The notes: a model not told the origin generated them from the sequence alone. Shown: positions 1 through 14,029, numbered from the stretch's first letter. The stretch is DNA of 64,000 bases from Eledone cirrhosa (GCA_964016885.1 OZ024747.1:91202001-91266000), one strand, 5' to 3'. Numbers and translations: made by a program.

Positions 1-288
1 ATTTTAAATATATATATATGTCAATCAATTTCTAGTTGATATAAAATGCTCGGATCTATTCATTGGAATCTTTCAGCTTATTCTACGGTGGATATGGCGC
101 ATGTCTCGGACATAACTCCCTTAATTTAATTTAATTTAATTACTTTTGGATATATATGTATATATATATATATGACTTCTATATATAGAAATGATTTTTA
201 TATATAATAAAGGTGTCTATTGTCTACCAACGTATTTAGTAGCATGTTTTACTGTAGTTGACCCCCCACCGAAACAACTCGGGAACCT

Positions 289-363
<75 letters not shown>

Positions 364-369
364 TGTATG

Positions 370-418
<49 letters not shown>

Positions 419-490
419 AATAAATATATATATATATTATATATATAAATATATATATATATTATATATATAAATATATATATTATATAT

Positions 491-665
491 AGAGTTACAA
501 ACTCAAAATAGTCTTTTACAATTAAATAGTTCAAAGAAGGGAATATTTCCGAGCCTTGTAATACAAATGAATATATGCGAGGGATGAACATTCGTAGAAG
601 TATACATATTGCAATACGAACACATGTATACTTCTACCAGTGTTCATCCCTCGCATATATTCATT

Positions 666-670
<5 letters not shown>
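491..670 (-). repeat. TA-embedded fold-back island (47-bp inverted arms at 561-607 and 624-670, plus tail 491-560)
   Basis: atacaaatgaatatatgcgagggatgaaca..gtagaagtatacat pairs with atgtatacttctac..tgttcatccctcgcatatattcatttgtat. Confidence 0.75.
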
Positions 671-748
<78 letters not shown>

Positions 749-757
749 ATATATATA

Positions 758-1117
758 TTCAGTTATTAGGAGTATTCCAAAGCTTAGTAGAACAAGTTGT
801 GAGGAAAGTTCTCAACATAAGTTAAGGTGACTCGAGAGGTTGGTAGGGATTCTGTAGTGGAATCACGAACAAACGAGGAGTGTAATCAAAGAAGAGAAAT
901 AGGACGAAGGTAAACAGTTACAAAAGAATTTAATCCACGTATTAACAATTGTTTCATCAGAATTTCAGTCCATTATTGCTACACTATGTTATAATAGGCA
1001 ATCAGAAAGATACTGTGGCATCAGAATTTTCAAAATACAAAGTTGGAATGACCTTAGGAAATGAAATAAAGGGTAGTAGTGTAAGATAGAGGAACAGAGA
1101 GAGAGAGGGGCAAAAGA

Positions 1118-1193
<76 letters not shown>

Positions 1194-2809
1194 AGGGATA
1201 GAGGTTGGGAGAGAAAGAGAAAGAGATAGTGTGGTGTGAGAGGATTTGTATAGGGAGGGGGAGGAGGGCTGTGTGTTAAAAGTTGTGATGAGTAGAGGGA
1301 GAGAGAAGGAAGATAGAATTTTAAGAGGCATTTGGAAGTGGACAGGCGAAAGTCTTACCAGAGAACAGATGAAGGAAGAAAGTATTAAATTTCATATATA
1401 GTCTATTTTTAGGGGTGTAGAATTGTTATTTAGGGTAGAAAGATAGGTAGTGTTAGGATTTGGTTGAAGGTTTGAAGTGTGAGAATTTCGCTTTCAGTTT
1501 ATGCTGGCAAAAAATTGACCTTTCAATTTTGTTGTTGAGTAGTTGGTGGCTTGAGCTTAGAATATGGAAGAGCTCATTATTACACAACGGGCACGTTTTC
1601 ATCCCACTCCGGTATGGAGGAGCATGTGAGAGTTTGGTCCATTTAAGGGTGTATTGTCGGTTACTCCCTTTTAAGTGCCAAATTTTGTCGGCGAGAGTCG
1701 TTACGTAACGGTGTTGGTGGTGCTTTATTGCGTAACGATGCGTGTACCAACGAGTTTTGAAGGTGTTTGCAGTGCTGCCTATGTAGTACCAGGTTTGGTT
1801 GCCCGACTCAACCGAGCACCTGTATACTAGGTTTGAATGCAAACATTCGTTATTCAATGGACAAGTCTCTGGAAGGTGGCAATTACAATTTCTGTTATGG
1901 GCAGTGGTGGAGTTATAGGTGGGCTGGGATGTGTGTGTGAGTGTGTTTTGTGCATACTGATTGTTAGTGGGTGGTTGTGTATTAGGTGTATTATTGTGTT
2001 GAGCGATTGGGGTGTTGTTGTTACGGAGTTTTTTGGCGTTGAGCATCTTAATGTGTGCGTCTAGGTTTGGTGCAGTGGAATAAGATAGTCTAATTGTTTT
2101 GGTATTAAGTATACTACTATATTTATGTGAATTTGGAAAGTGTTTTTTTATAATTTTGTAGAATGTGGAAGGTAAGTTAGAGCTAATAGAAGAGTTAAAA
2201 ATAGGATTATACCAAATGTAAGATCTACTCCGTGTTCTGTTTTGCTTTGATGTTGCTGTTGTATTTGTGGTGTGGTTAGTATTAGAGGGTCTAGGTGCGT
2301 GTGTGCGGGTGTTTGTGCGGCGTTTTGCGTGTCTGTGGTTATGTGTTTTATGGTTGTGTGGGTCCATGTATTCTAGTTTGTCGGTGTGGCCAGCCCGTTC
2401 TAATGCAGCGTATTCAGCGTGTTGATCGAATATTTGTTGGTCAGATGAGAGGCGGGATATTCTAAGTGATATACGATGTGGCACGGACCTTATAATAGAT
2501 AGTGGGTGGTTAGAGCTAGTGTGGATGTAGGTGAGGTTCTCATTGTTTTTGTGAAAGGGTGTGATAATTTGGGTGTTGAGGTTGAAGGTGGCATCTAGGA
2601 AGTTAACTACTTTGGTACTATATTCGTAGGTGATTTTAAGGCCAAGGCTATCTAGGGTTCTTCTAATGCTCTTACGGGTTCGTTCTATGTTTTGTTTATT
2701 CATGTTTTTAACTAATAGGAGAGCGTCATCTCTATATATTCCGCCTTGAAGGTAACTAACTTTATTATGTAAGGTGTGGGCTATGTATATACCAACAATA
2801 TCCGTAACT

Positions 2810-2813
<4 letters not shown>
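758..2813 (-). mobile_element. 5'-truncated Penelope-like retroelement (Naiad-like), inserted in (TA)n
   Basis: RT-GIY-YIG frame plus about 700 nt of 3' UTR, flanked on both sides by (TA)n tracts; the sense strand is A/C-rich. Confidence 0.85.
1453..2811 (-). CDS. PLE reverse transcriptase C-terminal half plus GIY-YIG endonuclease (5'-truncated, frame open)
   Basis: Frame extends upstream of the listed Met as [12 protein letters not shown]...[10 protein letters not shown] (YRDD at 2725-2736), then [23 protein letters not shown], linker [15 protein letters not shown] (CxCx5C), LVYRC..YYIGST..FKTRW..H, CPLC..E..LLN. Confidence 0.9.
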
Positions 2814-2853
<40 letters not shown>

Positions 2854-2880
2854 AATGAATATATGTATAATGTATATATG

Positions 2881-2935
<55 letters not shown>

Positions 2936-2970
2936 GTATATATGTATGTATATATCTGTATATATGTATG

Positions 2971-3005
<35 letters not shown>

Positions 3006-3159
3006 GTATATATGTATGTATATATATATATACATAGATATATACATATATATATATATATTTTTATATATATATATATAGACTATATATATATATAGAG
3101 AGAGATTATATATATATATAGATTATATATATATATATATACACTATATATATATATAT

Positions 3160-3211
<52 letters not shown>

Positions 3212-3239
3212 CATATATGTATATGTATATATATATACA

Positions 3240-3302
<63 letters not shown>

Positions 3303-3348
3303 ATATATATATAATATAAGATCAAAAGATGGTTAAAAGAGTTCCAAG

Positions 3349-3419
3349 TATTTTATTATGCGCATTTCAAAAACAAATATCATCATGAGATGATATTTGC
3401 GTTTTCATCAGATAAAATA
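3349..3419 (-). ncRNA. Hammerhead ribozyme, type I (minimal stem III)
   Basis: Minus strand: tattttat CTGATGA aaacgcaaatatcatc-tcat-gatgatatttgttttt GAAA tgcgca TA ataaaata; perfect stem I, palindromic stem III. Confidence 0.75.
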
Positions 3420-5545
3420 GGGATACATGACATGAAGGTTAAAAAACACTTGTGAATAGTGAAGTTTTAAATCAACATATGAAAAATAAATTAAGATTGA
3501 TGTATGAGATTGGGAAAAAGTGAGGGGGTTAAGGAAGAGGAGGAGATGAGAGTAAAGAATGGTGGGGGAGGAGTATAAGAAGGAAGGATGAGAGAGGAGG
3601 AGAGATGGGTGATAGAGAGAGAGAGATAGCCTTTACAACTGAGAAAAATATATATTGTCTCACAGAGAGAAGTTAAAAAGCCGTTGGAAGATAATAGTTA
3701 ATTTAAAAGAATTTGAAATTAAAAGTTGATGAAGAGAAAAAGGGGTTAAGAATAATATTAAATTAAGGTTTGTATATTGAAGGGTTTAATAATATGTGCG
3801 AGGAAAAGAAATTGTTAATATGTAATTATTAAAATAAAAATATTAATGTTATTAAGGATATAATGTGAAAAGAAGTAGAAGAGTGGATGAGTTATGAATT
3901 TAGAGGAATTAGTTTGTGTTTAAGTTTGTTTTTATGTAATGTAATATGTGTGCGTAATATATGTAACTAGTTTGTTTAAAAATGAGCGCAGAAAGTAAAG
4001 GAGAAAAGAATGTTTAAGGAAGAAAATATCTAATATCAAAATATATATGTTTACGAAATATTTTCTAATGGTAATAATATAATATATTAAAGGAAATTAG
4101 TTAGGGTTTAAGTTTGTTTTTATGTATTGTAATATGTAATATGTAAAAGTCAAACGAGCATGAAAGGAAGAGATAAGGAACTTAAGGAAGAAAAATCTAA
4201 CGTCAAAAAATGTTTATGTTTACGAAGGACTATTAAAGGTAATACTATAATGTATTTAAAAGATAATAATAATTTTTATGGCCAATGATATGAAGAAAGA
4301 TGGAAGAGTGGATATGTTGTGGTGAGTAATAATAAGAATTGAGAAGTAGTTAGGAAGAAAAAGTACAGATTAGAGGTTAGAAATTAAAAAGAAAAAAGAA
4401 AAGAGGAAGAAAGGAAAGTGATAAAGAGGAATGATATAGAATGAGTAACTTGTATTATATAATATATAATAAATAATATTGAAATAAGGTAGAAAGATGG
4501 GTATATTTAAAAAAAATACATATATAAGCCTCTGAGAAAAAGGATTTTAAACTAGTAAAGTATTAGATATTAGCTGTATACTTTATGGAATGTTCTGTGG
4601 TATTTATGCAAGCAGAGAGAAAATAGATCAGTGCGTCTATTTATTATAGAATCTAAATTATACTGGTAAATATAATGTATACAGCTAATATCTAATACTT
4701 TACTAGTTTAAAATCCTTTTTCTCAAATATATATTTTTTATATATAAAATTTTTTGACGTTAGATTTTTCTTCCTTAAGTTCCTTATCTCTTCCTTTCAT
4801 GCTCGTTTGACATTTACATATTACATATTACAATACATAAAAACAAACTTAAACCTTAACTAATTTCCTTTAATATATTATATTATTACCATTAGAAAAT
4901 ATTTCGTAAACATATATATTTTGATATTAGATATTTTCTTCCTTAAACATTATTTTCTTCTTTGCTTTCTGCGCTCATTTTAAAACAAACTATTTTCATA
5001 TATTACGCACACATATTACATTACATAAAAACAAACTTAAACACAAACTAATTCCTCTAAATTCATAACTCATCCACTCTTCTACTTCTTTTCACATTAT
5101 ATCCTTAATAACATTAATATTTTTATTTTAATAATACATATTAACAATTTCTTTTCCTCGCACATATTATTAAACCCTTCAATATACAAACCTTAATTTA
5201 ATGTTAGCTTTAACCCCTTTTTCTCTTCATCAACATTTAATTTCAAATTCTTTAAAATTATCTATTATCTTCCAACGGTTTTTTAACTTCTCTCTGTGAG
5301 ACAATATATATTTTTCTCAGTTGTAAAGGTTATCTCTCTCTTTCTATCACCCATCTCTCCTCCTCTCTCATCCTTCCTACTTATACTCTTCCCCCACCAT
5401 TCTTTACTCTCATCTCCTCCTCTCCCTTACCCTTCCACCCCCTCACTTTTTACCAATATCACACATCAATCTTAAATTATTTTTCATATGTTGATTTAAA
5501 ACTTCACTATTCACAAGTGTTTTTTAACCTTCATATCATGTGTCG

Positions 5546-5617
5546 GTATTTTATCTGATGAAAACCCAGATATCATCTCATGATGATATTTGTTTTTGAA
5601 ATGCGCATAATAAATAC
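5546..5617 (+). ncRNA. Hammerhead ribozyme, type I (mirror copy)
   Basis: gtattttat CTGATGA aaacccagatatcatctcatgatgatatttgttttt GAAA tgcgca TA ataaatac. Confidence 0.72.
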
Positions 5618-5899
5618 TTGGAACTCTTTTAACCATCTTTTGATCTTATATTATTTATACTCCACCCCTCCAAACTGTAGAGTGCTATTTATCCGATATT
5701 TGCATTGCTTTATTGTGCTACAATAAAACTCACCTCCTACATTATATATATATATATATACATACATATATGTATATGTATATATATATACATATATGTA
5801 TATATATATATATAAATATATACATACATATATATATATACATATATGTATATATATATATATACATACATATATGTATATGTATATATATATATATAA

Positions 5900-5976
<77 letters not shown>

Positions 5977-5977
5977 A

Positions 5978-6030
<53 letters not shown>

Positions 6031-6292
6031 TACATACATATATGTATATATATATATATATTCATACATATATGTATATGGTATAAACGTTTGTATATGT
6101 ATAATAAAGCCAAAACAATGCAGGTATGGTCATAGAATAAAGAATGCAAATGCAAAAGTTATTGTTGACAATTAGTCTTTTACCTTAGATTTATTTAAAT
6201 GTCCTTAATTTTCGAGATAATATCTCTTCTTCGGAAGGAAGTAAAGCAGTTAAACCAGTGTTCTAAATAGCTTGCCAAGTCATATATATATG

Positions 6293-6332
<40 letters not shown>

Positions 6333-6333
6333 T

Positions 6334-6465
<132 letters not shown>

Positions 6466-6489
6466 GTGTCTATATATATATATATATAC

Positions 6490-6537
<48 letters not shown>

Positions 6538-6579
6538 CTCAGAGTTTCTGGCTTGTATCTGCCGAAATTACCTCTTGTT

Positions 6580-6636
6580 GTTTTGATTGCCCTGATGAGT
6601 CCTTAATAGGACGAAACATTGTCGGCTAATAAAAAC
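6580..6636 (+). ncRNA. Hammerhead ribozyme, type I
   Basis: gttttgattgcc CTGATGA gtcc ttaata ggac GAAA cattg TC ggctaataaaaac; canonical core and GUC site in a 140-bp island between TA tracts. Confidence 0.8.
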
Positions 6637-6715
6637 TTTTGATGTATTAAAGGATTCTTTGTTTTACTCTCTTAATATATATATATATATATATATATAC
6701 GTGTGTGTGTGTGTC

Positions 6716-6801
<86 letters not shown>

Positions 6802-6803
6802 AC

Positions 6804-6901
<98 letters not shown>

Positions 6902-7272
6902 TGCGAAAACTCCCTTCCAAGCTAAAGTCTTATGTCAATGTACTACCAGTATCAGAAATCAATATCTGCCTTGCTAGAAGATGTTGCACACTTGTGCAAT
7001 ATGTTACAAATTTGTTTGTATGCTAATAAATTCTCTTTACAGTAAAACATTTATCAAAATATCTTCTTTAAAAAACGTATATGTTGACATGGTTTACGTA
7101 ACTTTTGACTAATGGGAAATACTGAACAAATATGTAGATAAATTATTTATCACACTATGGCGCAATATATAAACTAAACAAATATACACGCGTTTACATC
7201 CCGCCCATGCTCGCGTAGACAAAACGCCTACACATACAGACATTTTCATACCCACACATACACATAAATACA

Positions 7273-7482
7273 ATGGTTTCTGATTTAGGGACAAGGCCAA
7301 GAAATTTGGGCGTAAAGGGAAAGTCAATTAAATCAACTCCAGTGCATAACTGGTACTTTATTTTATCGACCCCGAAAGTAGAAGCTAGCGTCGACGGGAT
7401 CTGAACTCAGAACATAAAGGCGCATAACTCTATGCCACGAAGCATGACGTCCGATGCTCCATCAACGCTGCTAATCCCCCCC

Positions 7483-7486
<4 letters not shown>
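7273..7486 (-). mobile_element. tRNA-derived SINE family A (octopod-type)
   Basis: Contains ctggtactttattttatcgacccc core and ccttgtccctaaatcagaaacc tail shared with the other copies. Confidence 0.75.
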
Positions 7487-7561
<75 letters not shown>

Positions 7562-7624
7562 CATGTTACCAGTTACGACTAGTAAGAAAATTATTTTAAA
7601 TAATTCTCCAGTGCTTTGCTGAAG

Positions 7625-7712
7625 AACAAAACACACATCCCAGCCCAGGAATCAAACATACGATATTATGATCATAAATCCAACATCCTTACTACTAGGC
7701 CACGCGTCTCCA
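7625..7712 (-). mobile_element. SINE family B, 5' fragment
   Basis: Reverse complement reads gacgcgtggcctagtagtaagg..gtatgtttgattcctggg..tgtgtgttttg (tRNA-like A/B boxes). Confidence 0.55.
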
Positions 7713-8021
7713 CCTCTCATAAATAAATTGCATGTATAATCAGGAGCGAAATTGAAAAAAACTTTCGAAACAAAATTAATCTAAAGGTAGTTTCTAATTC
7801 AAGCACAAGGCCAGCAATTTCGCGTGGAGAGAGTAAAAATCGATTAAGTTTAAATCAATATACAACTGGTACATTTTCAGTGATTCTGGAAGCGGGCAAG
7901 GTTTGAACTTAGAATTCAAAGACCCTGAACAATTGCCGCAAAAGATTTTACCCGACGAGCTAACATTTCTATTAATCTGTTGTTCTAAATTATTCTAGTA
8001 ATGATTTTTACATTAGTCAGT

Positions 8022-8200
8022 AATTTGTTTGGAGGGTAGGGGAAAGTCAATTATATCGACCCCAGTGCATTACTGGTACTCTATTTTATCGACCCTGTAA
8101 GGATGAAAGGAAAAGCTAACTTCGGCAGGATTTCAACTCAGATCGTAAAGGGCCGTAACACTATGCCATACAGTACTGTATGTTGCCCAACGCTCTGAAT
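8022..8200 (-). mobile_element. SINE family A (decayed; another decayed copy at about 7790-7980)
   Basis: cgaccccagtgcattactggtactctattttatcgaccctgtaaggatgaaagg. Confidence 0.7.
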
Positions 8201-10396
8201 TACTCTGCTTCGATATCTTAATGGGATTTTAAAGAATCTTCGCATCGTCGTTTTTATTTCTTTTTTCGTTATCCTATCAATTTAGATGGGCTTCACACGC
8301 ATACAAACCCACAAACAGAAACTCACATACATACATTCATACAGAGAGAGAAAGAGGAGCGGGATTATTGTATGTGATCGCGTATCTTTTATAAATATAA
8401 CGTACAATTTTAGTTGCCGCGGTGTAGGCAGTAAAGGAAGTTGTTATAGTTTAGAATTGACCTCATTTATTTCCATTCTCCTTAGAGCTTTGATCCTAGA
8501 AACACTACTCAAACCCATCCTCTAGCCGAGGAAAGATTGATAGACAGATGATAGTTATAATTTCTCTGATGAAGCTTTTAGACGTGAAGCTAGTCAAATA
8601 TATTCATATCTTACATTTCATATAGTCCAGAGAATACTGATGTATCTGTTGTGTTAATTATACAGCGATGTTAGAAATTAGGACGCCTTTTATGAAACCA
8701 AGTGTTTATCATTAAAGAATAGGGAAGGACAATGTTTGTTTCGTCAAAAATACCATTAACTTTTCCAGAGTTTCTTCTTCTTCTTCACCTCTAAGCGATT
8801 TTACTAAGGTTTTTTCCGTTATTAAAACTCCTTTTGGGCCCCATCGTGTACCATTACATTAGTTAAATACCATTCTTTCATCTCATACTTTAGGGTTATG
8901 TATAGGGATACATCATCTAATATATTGTTTCCTTATTGGCGACAATAGGGTTCGATGTCAGATAAATTCAGTTGTTATTTCTAGTAGGTAGACTGCCACG
9001 TAAGGAGGCTCATTCCAACAAATGTATCTTATGGGGGGGGGGGGTCTATGTCTGTTAACTGAAGCGATTAGAATTCAATCTATTTAACGGCGACGTAGCT
9101 CATTGTTACCAAGGGGATATCTGAGATCACTGATATCTGAGCTGGAAGGTTGATACCTCAATATGGGACTGTTGCTTAAATCTAGAATTTTAAAGACTGA
9201 AGATATAATACCGTCTCGTTAAATAGACAGTTTTATTTGGAGAACATTGCTTTAGACATGAAATCTGAAGAGATTTATCCATTTATATTGATAAACATAG
9301 CGGATAGTAGTTATGACGAGCATTTGAGAATAATAATTCCATTGCTTACTGAACACCATAAAATAACTCTCAAAGATATGTCTTATTTCATTTCAAACAT
9401 CTTTTGGAGATTTACTTAGCCTTTGTACTCCAAAAGTTCTCAAAGCAAATTCTGAGAATCTAAAGCCAAAGGATTTATTGGTATTTTACATTTAGAATTA
9501 ATTTATTTAGCACGGCTGCGTTTTAAAAACATTTCCTTCTTTTCTTGGTGTTGTTCTCTCTTCACTAGAAACACCATTCTAGATATTTCCACGATTTCCT
9601 ATTATAACGATAAACCACCCTGGTTATGTCTTCACTTTTCTTATCTTTCCCTTTAGTGCTTTCTTTTTTCAACTTCTCACTTTCTCTTCGTTGAAGTTCA
9701 AATTTTATCTCTACCTGGAGACAATTCTTCAATGTTACGATGTTTCGCTAGCTTGCCTGAATATCTCTTCTCTGTTTGTCTTTATTATCCGCGTTACAGC
9801 TGTAATTTATTTTATCTTCTCCCTACAGGGTCTGCAACGTCCTTTCATTTTCATTGGTTATCAGTAAATTTCCCCTTTGCAATAATTTCGTTCTGTTATT
9901 TCCAAGATTCTCCTTTGTTTTTTCGGAACAAGCTACATTATTATTCATTATTTTCACTCTCGATGAGAAGCCATTACTACCAATAGTAAGACGTCACCAC
10001 AAAGCATACTCACACATATATAAAATCACCAACAGACGCACATACATATCAATGCACATACACATCAATGTACATACATACACATCAATACACAAACATA
10101 CAGTAACGAGCAAACATGTACACCAATGTAAATACACACAGACACACATACACACGCATCAGTTCTCTCATTTAATATTTTATTACTATGTTTTTAAGAC
10201 TTATATATACCTCACATAAAGCTACTACTTATATATCTTCCATTTCTACTCATCACGCGTTTTATTATCCCCGCACACACACATGTTCCTTCGTTAAACG
10301 CAAGGAATGATATGATACCGGGATTAGTTAAATACCTACAGGGTGTCTGGCAGTAAATCAATGAGTTTGCTACCCCATTATTAAGTATTCAAAAAG

Positions 10397-10692
10397 GGCG
10401 GTGGATTGGCAGTATCGGTAGAGCGTCGGATAACATGCTTTGCGGCGTAAAGTTTATGGCTCTTTATGTTCTGTGTTCAAATCCCGCCGAGATTAGCTTT
10501 ACCTTTCATCCTTACAGGGTCGATAAAATAAAGTACCAGTCACGCACGGGGGTCGATTTAATTGATATTCCTCTCCCTCAAAATTGCTGGCTTTGTGCCT
10601 AAATCAAAAACCATCCTTACGGGGTCGATAAAATAAAGTACCAGTAATACACTGATATAATTGCTGGTCTTGTGCCTAAATCAGAAACCATT
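10397..10692 (+). mobile_element. SINE family A, full length, with duplicated 3' segment
   Basis: ggcggtggattggcagtatcggtagag...gttcaaatccc...ctttcatccttacagggtcgataaaataaagtaccag; 3' segment repeated at 10613-10692. Confidence 0.85.
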
Positions 10693-11069
10693 GTTAAGCA
10701 TTTAAAAATCTCTGGGTTTCATGTTACTTTACAATACTCTAAATCAACAAAACAAGAACGAGATTCTGATCAAGCAGACGTGTTATCAAAGATATTCCAG
10801 ATGTGACCACCCACTTTTATCTAACATTATTGAATGTGTGGATTCTCTTTAAAGACATTGTTGCGTTGTTTGAGGTGGGGGCTTTAATGTTATTTGTTTG
10901 TAGTACAAGCTATTGCATAGTGGCTCTTCCGTAGTCTAGAAATAAGTATTACGATCAAGCCAACAAAATGATGCAAAACACTCCAGTCATATTCACTCCA
11001 TCTTATAGTTCCGATATTTACAGCCCCCATCGGTCACTAATGACCTTGGTTTTGCATCATTTTTTTGCC

Positions 11070-11277
11070 TCCCGGGGCACAAGTCTGGGCAACGTGTTTG
11101 TGGAAGACCAGCAGTCGCCCATGTACACCTGTCTCCCCTTTCCACGTCACCGATGTTGTGCAAGGGAAAGACAATGGCCGATACAGCTTGATACCAGTGA
11201 CGCCGCACCTCATTTCTACAGCTGAGTAAACTGGAACAACGTGAAATAAACGATCTTGCTCAAGGACACAACACACA
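11070..11277 (-). mobile_element. SINE family B (CORE-like gttgtgtccttgagcaag domain)
   Basis: Reverse complement matches 57925-58060. Confidence 0.75.
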
Positions 11278-12627
11278 GTGGTGGTGATGCATGTTTTAAA
11301 CTAGCAAATCAGTGATACATGGTATTATGACGGTGAAAGTGGCAAGCAATAATTTGTAACAGCGTGTAGAACAAAGATGGTAAAATATTTCGCATGAAGA
11401 ATGTTTCCTTCTATTAAATTTCATTCACAAGGTATTAATCAGCTTCTTAGGGTTCCCCACAGCTTATATTTCATTCTCTAAGTGTATTGATAATGTTGGC
11501 GCAGCAAGCTGTTATCAGCTGATTACTTTCCTCATCTCACAGTGCTACGGAATTTGCACATTTGTTTAGAATATTCTTGACTATGTTAATATTTTTTAAA
11601 GTACTCGCCCTATGCTGCAGCCGATTATATATTTTAGTGAACAGCATTGACTTTCTTCTAGATTCGTTTTAGCTGCAGGAGTTCATATCAAATAAACACT
11701 AGATTTTTTTCAGAAAAATTTCAGCTGTCTTTCTTTGCTTTGTAATTATTATTATTTTTTTTTTTATTTCGGTAGCAGCTGAATTAAAAGGTTCAGATTG
11801 CAAGCTGCGGGACTAGTTCAATCTAACTGCTAAAGCTTAACAAGGCTAATATTCTTAATCTTGACTTGAAAAGTCGACATTCAGGTTTAGCTTCAAAGAT
11901 TAAATTCTGATTGTCAGACTCGTAGACACAGTAAGATGACATCACTCCTGACTTGAATCAATATAATTCACTTGGAATATATTTAGCTTTGTGCCTTTAA
12001 TTTCTCACTAACCAGCTTATTCAGAATTCGATAAATATGATATTCTAGTCGTACGAAACATTTTGTCATTCGTTAGGATTATGATAAACTTTATCTCATC
12101 TACATTCCTGAACACTACTAAACGCTGTGAATGGACGTGAAAATAACATTGAAGATTTTCTCTTAATGAATTACAACGTTGAATGTTAATAGTTAATACA
12201 ATAAATACAGACGTTGGCCTGTTTATTTGTAGATTTAATGAAATTACGCGAAGTTTTCTTTTAATAGTCAAACTTGGTTTAATACAATTGCATATTCAAC
12301 TTTAGTTCTCTAACAAACAATTTAGTAGATTGATCGCAGTTTCATTCTAAATATGTTGACAAATCTTAAATCTTCCGAAAGAAGAATAGCTGCTGTGGAG
12401 GTGTATAAATCGGGTACTGAATAAGCTGACATTTTGAGCAACCGATCTGATAGTAAAATCTGAAGTAGTTGACAAAATCAAACCTGGGGAATTCTGTAAA
12501 AACAATTATATACAATATATTCATTTTGCTGGTTAGTCTTAGTTCTGCTTTGAGCGAGCAGACCAAAGATAAAATTAGTTCCACCCAAGAACATCCTATA
12601 TTTTCAGGTTATATATTCTAACTTCCA

Positions 12628-12722
12628 GTTAACTTTGCCTTTCATCCTTACGGGGTCGATAAAATAAAGTACCAGTAATACACTGGGTAATTGCTGGCTT
12701 TGTGCCAAAAGTAGAAACAATT
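12628..12722 (+). mobile_element. SINE family A, 3' half
   Basis: gttaactttgcctttcatccttacggggtcgataaaataaagtaccag...gtagaaacaa. Confidence 0.75.
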
Positions 12723-14029
12723 ATCTAACTTCCAGTTTTTAAAACCTTTTGATTGCATTTCTATTTTAATTAATTAATTAATCATTTTGAGGGATTTACT
12801 GAAATTATTTATTATTTCATTACTAAGATAACTTAATTTAAGATCTTTATATAAAATTATGTTGGAAGATTTTGATTTAAAATTGGTGGTTTTATTTCAT
12901 AGAACCAGAGTCGGTTTTGGTCAGTTTGGTATCTAATGGGTTAAGGCAGTATGGTGTGATTTGAGGGAGATTCCGCTGCTATGTTCAGTAAATAGAGCGA
13001 CCGCATAAAAGCTTCCTGGTTGAATGAAATATTTCTTCTAAAGTAGTGCAATAGATATAGGTTTGTTAGTAAAATAAGTAACTAGATTTAAACTTCTAAT
13101 TTGAATATAGAATTGGAAAATTATAGCAAGCTGGCAGTTGGTATCATTTCATATCCACGGACCCGAGTTCGAAGCCTGGGAGATTATGAAGATAAAACAA
13201 CATCAATAGCATTTTAGGGTCAAGTTAATATAGGAGATTGATATATCAGGATTATCTTTCAAATTCTTATTTTGTATCCAACGTAACATGACAACTCAAA
13301 TATATTCATTGCAGTACCAAGGAAATACCAAAGATATTAATAAACTATAAATCTACCCATTCCCCTGCAGTGCAGCAGAAATAAAATAGACGAGTAATAT
13401 TAATTGGTCCTATGACATCTATATTTGTCATAATCGATTGAGGAAACAATGCTACTGTAGCATACTCTAAATTATTTCACCATTTGTTTAGATATTCCTC
13501 TCAAAATTATCGGAAGAGATCAATTAATATTCAACTTATCTTTCTCGCCATTGCCATATGTGAATACTGCATTCGGTTACCTCGTTTACAATTCCTAATA
13601 TAACTTTTTAAGAGCAATGAGACATTTGAATAAAAGCATGAGTGGTAAATAAAGATTAAAGTTGTGTTTGGAACAGTGAAAGATAGGAGTGGACTGAGAG
13701 AAATTAGATCTAGTCGTATAGGGGCTCGTCGTTGTGTGGCTTATAGCTATTTAATTGCCTTACACACAGACACACACGCACACATACACACACCCACACA
13801 CGCACACATACACACACCCACACATACACACACACACACCTATATATATATGTGTGTGTGTATATATATATATATGTGTGTGTGTATATATATATGTATA
13901 TTTGATACCAATACTGACTGCTTATTTCCATGTTTCACCAATACTAATGGCTTCACAAAACTATTCAATTAACCTTTCCCTGTATGTAGTAGTAATTTGA
14001 TTTAGGTAAGGCGTAATGGGTTGATTGCA

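Larger units (their letters stand above)
3311..5742 (+). mobile_element. Non-coding fold-back element (inverted PLE pseudo-LTR-like): arms about 3311-4217 and 4745-5654, tail 5655-5742
   Basis: About 900-bp arms are reverse complements with scattered mismatches; inner 49-bp inverted repeat at 4533-4581 and 4677-4725; each arm carries a hammerhead motif; flanked by (TA)n. Confidence 0.85.

Noticed and set aside
940-975. Hammerhead in the 3' UTR of the Naiad-like PLE (minus strand ctgatgaaacaattgtt)
   Set aside because: CTGATGA and GAAA overlap with no stem II, so it is at best a deleted relic.
1453-2811. Selenoprotein-type Naiad
   Set aside because: No in-frame TGA in the visible frame, which ends in TAA.
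6202-6239. Minus-strand hammerhead-like motif (CCGAAGA..gagat-att-atctc GAAA)
   Set aside because: The core is mutated and stem III is essentially absent; probable relic, not called.
8560-8605. CTGATGA..GAAG ctag TC motif (similar weak cases at about 24580 and 57497)
   Set aside because: Stem II and GAAA are not intact.
9120-9900. Possible minus-strand LINE endonuclease relic (ININ-G motif)
   Set aside because: Too decayed to support beyond one short motif.
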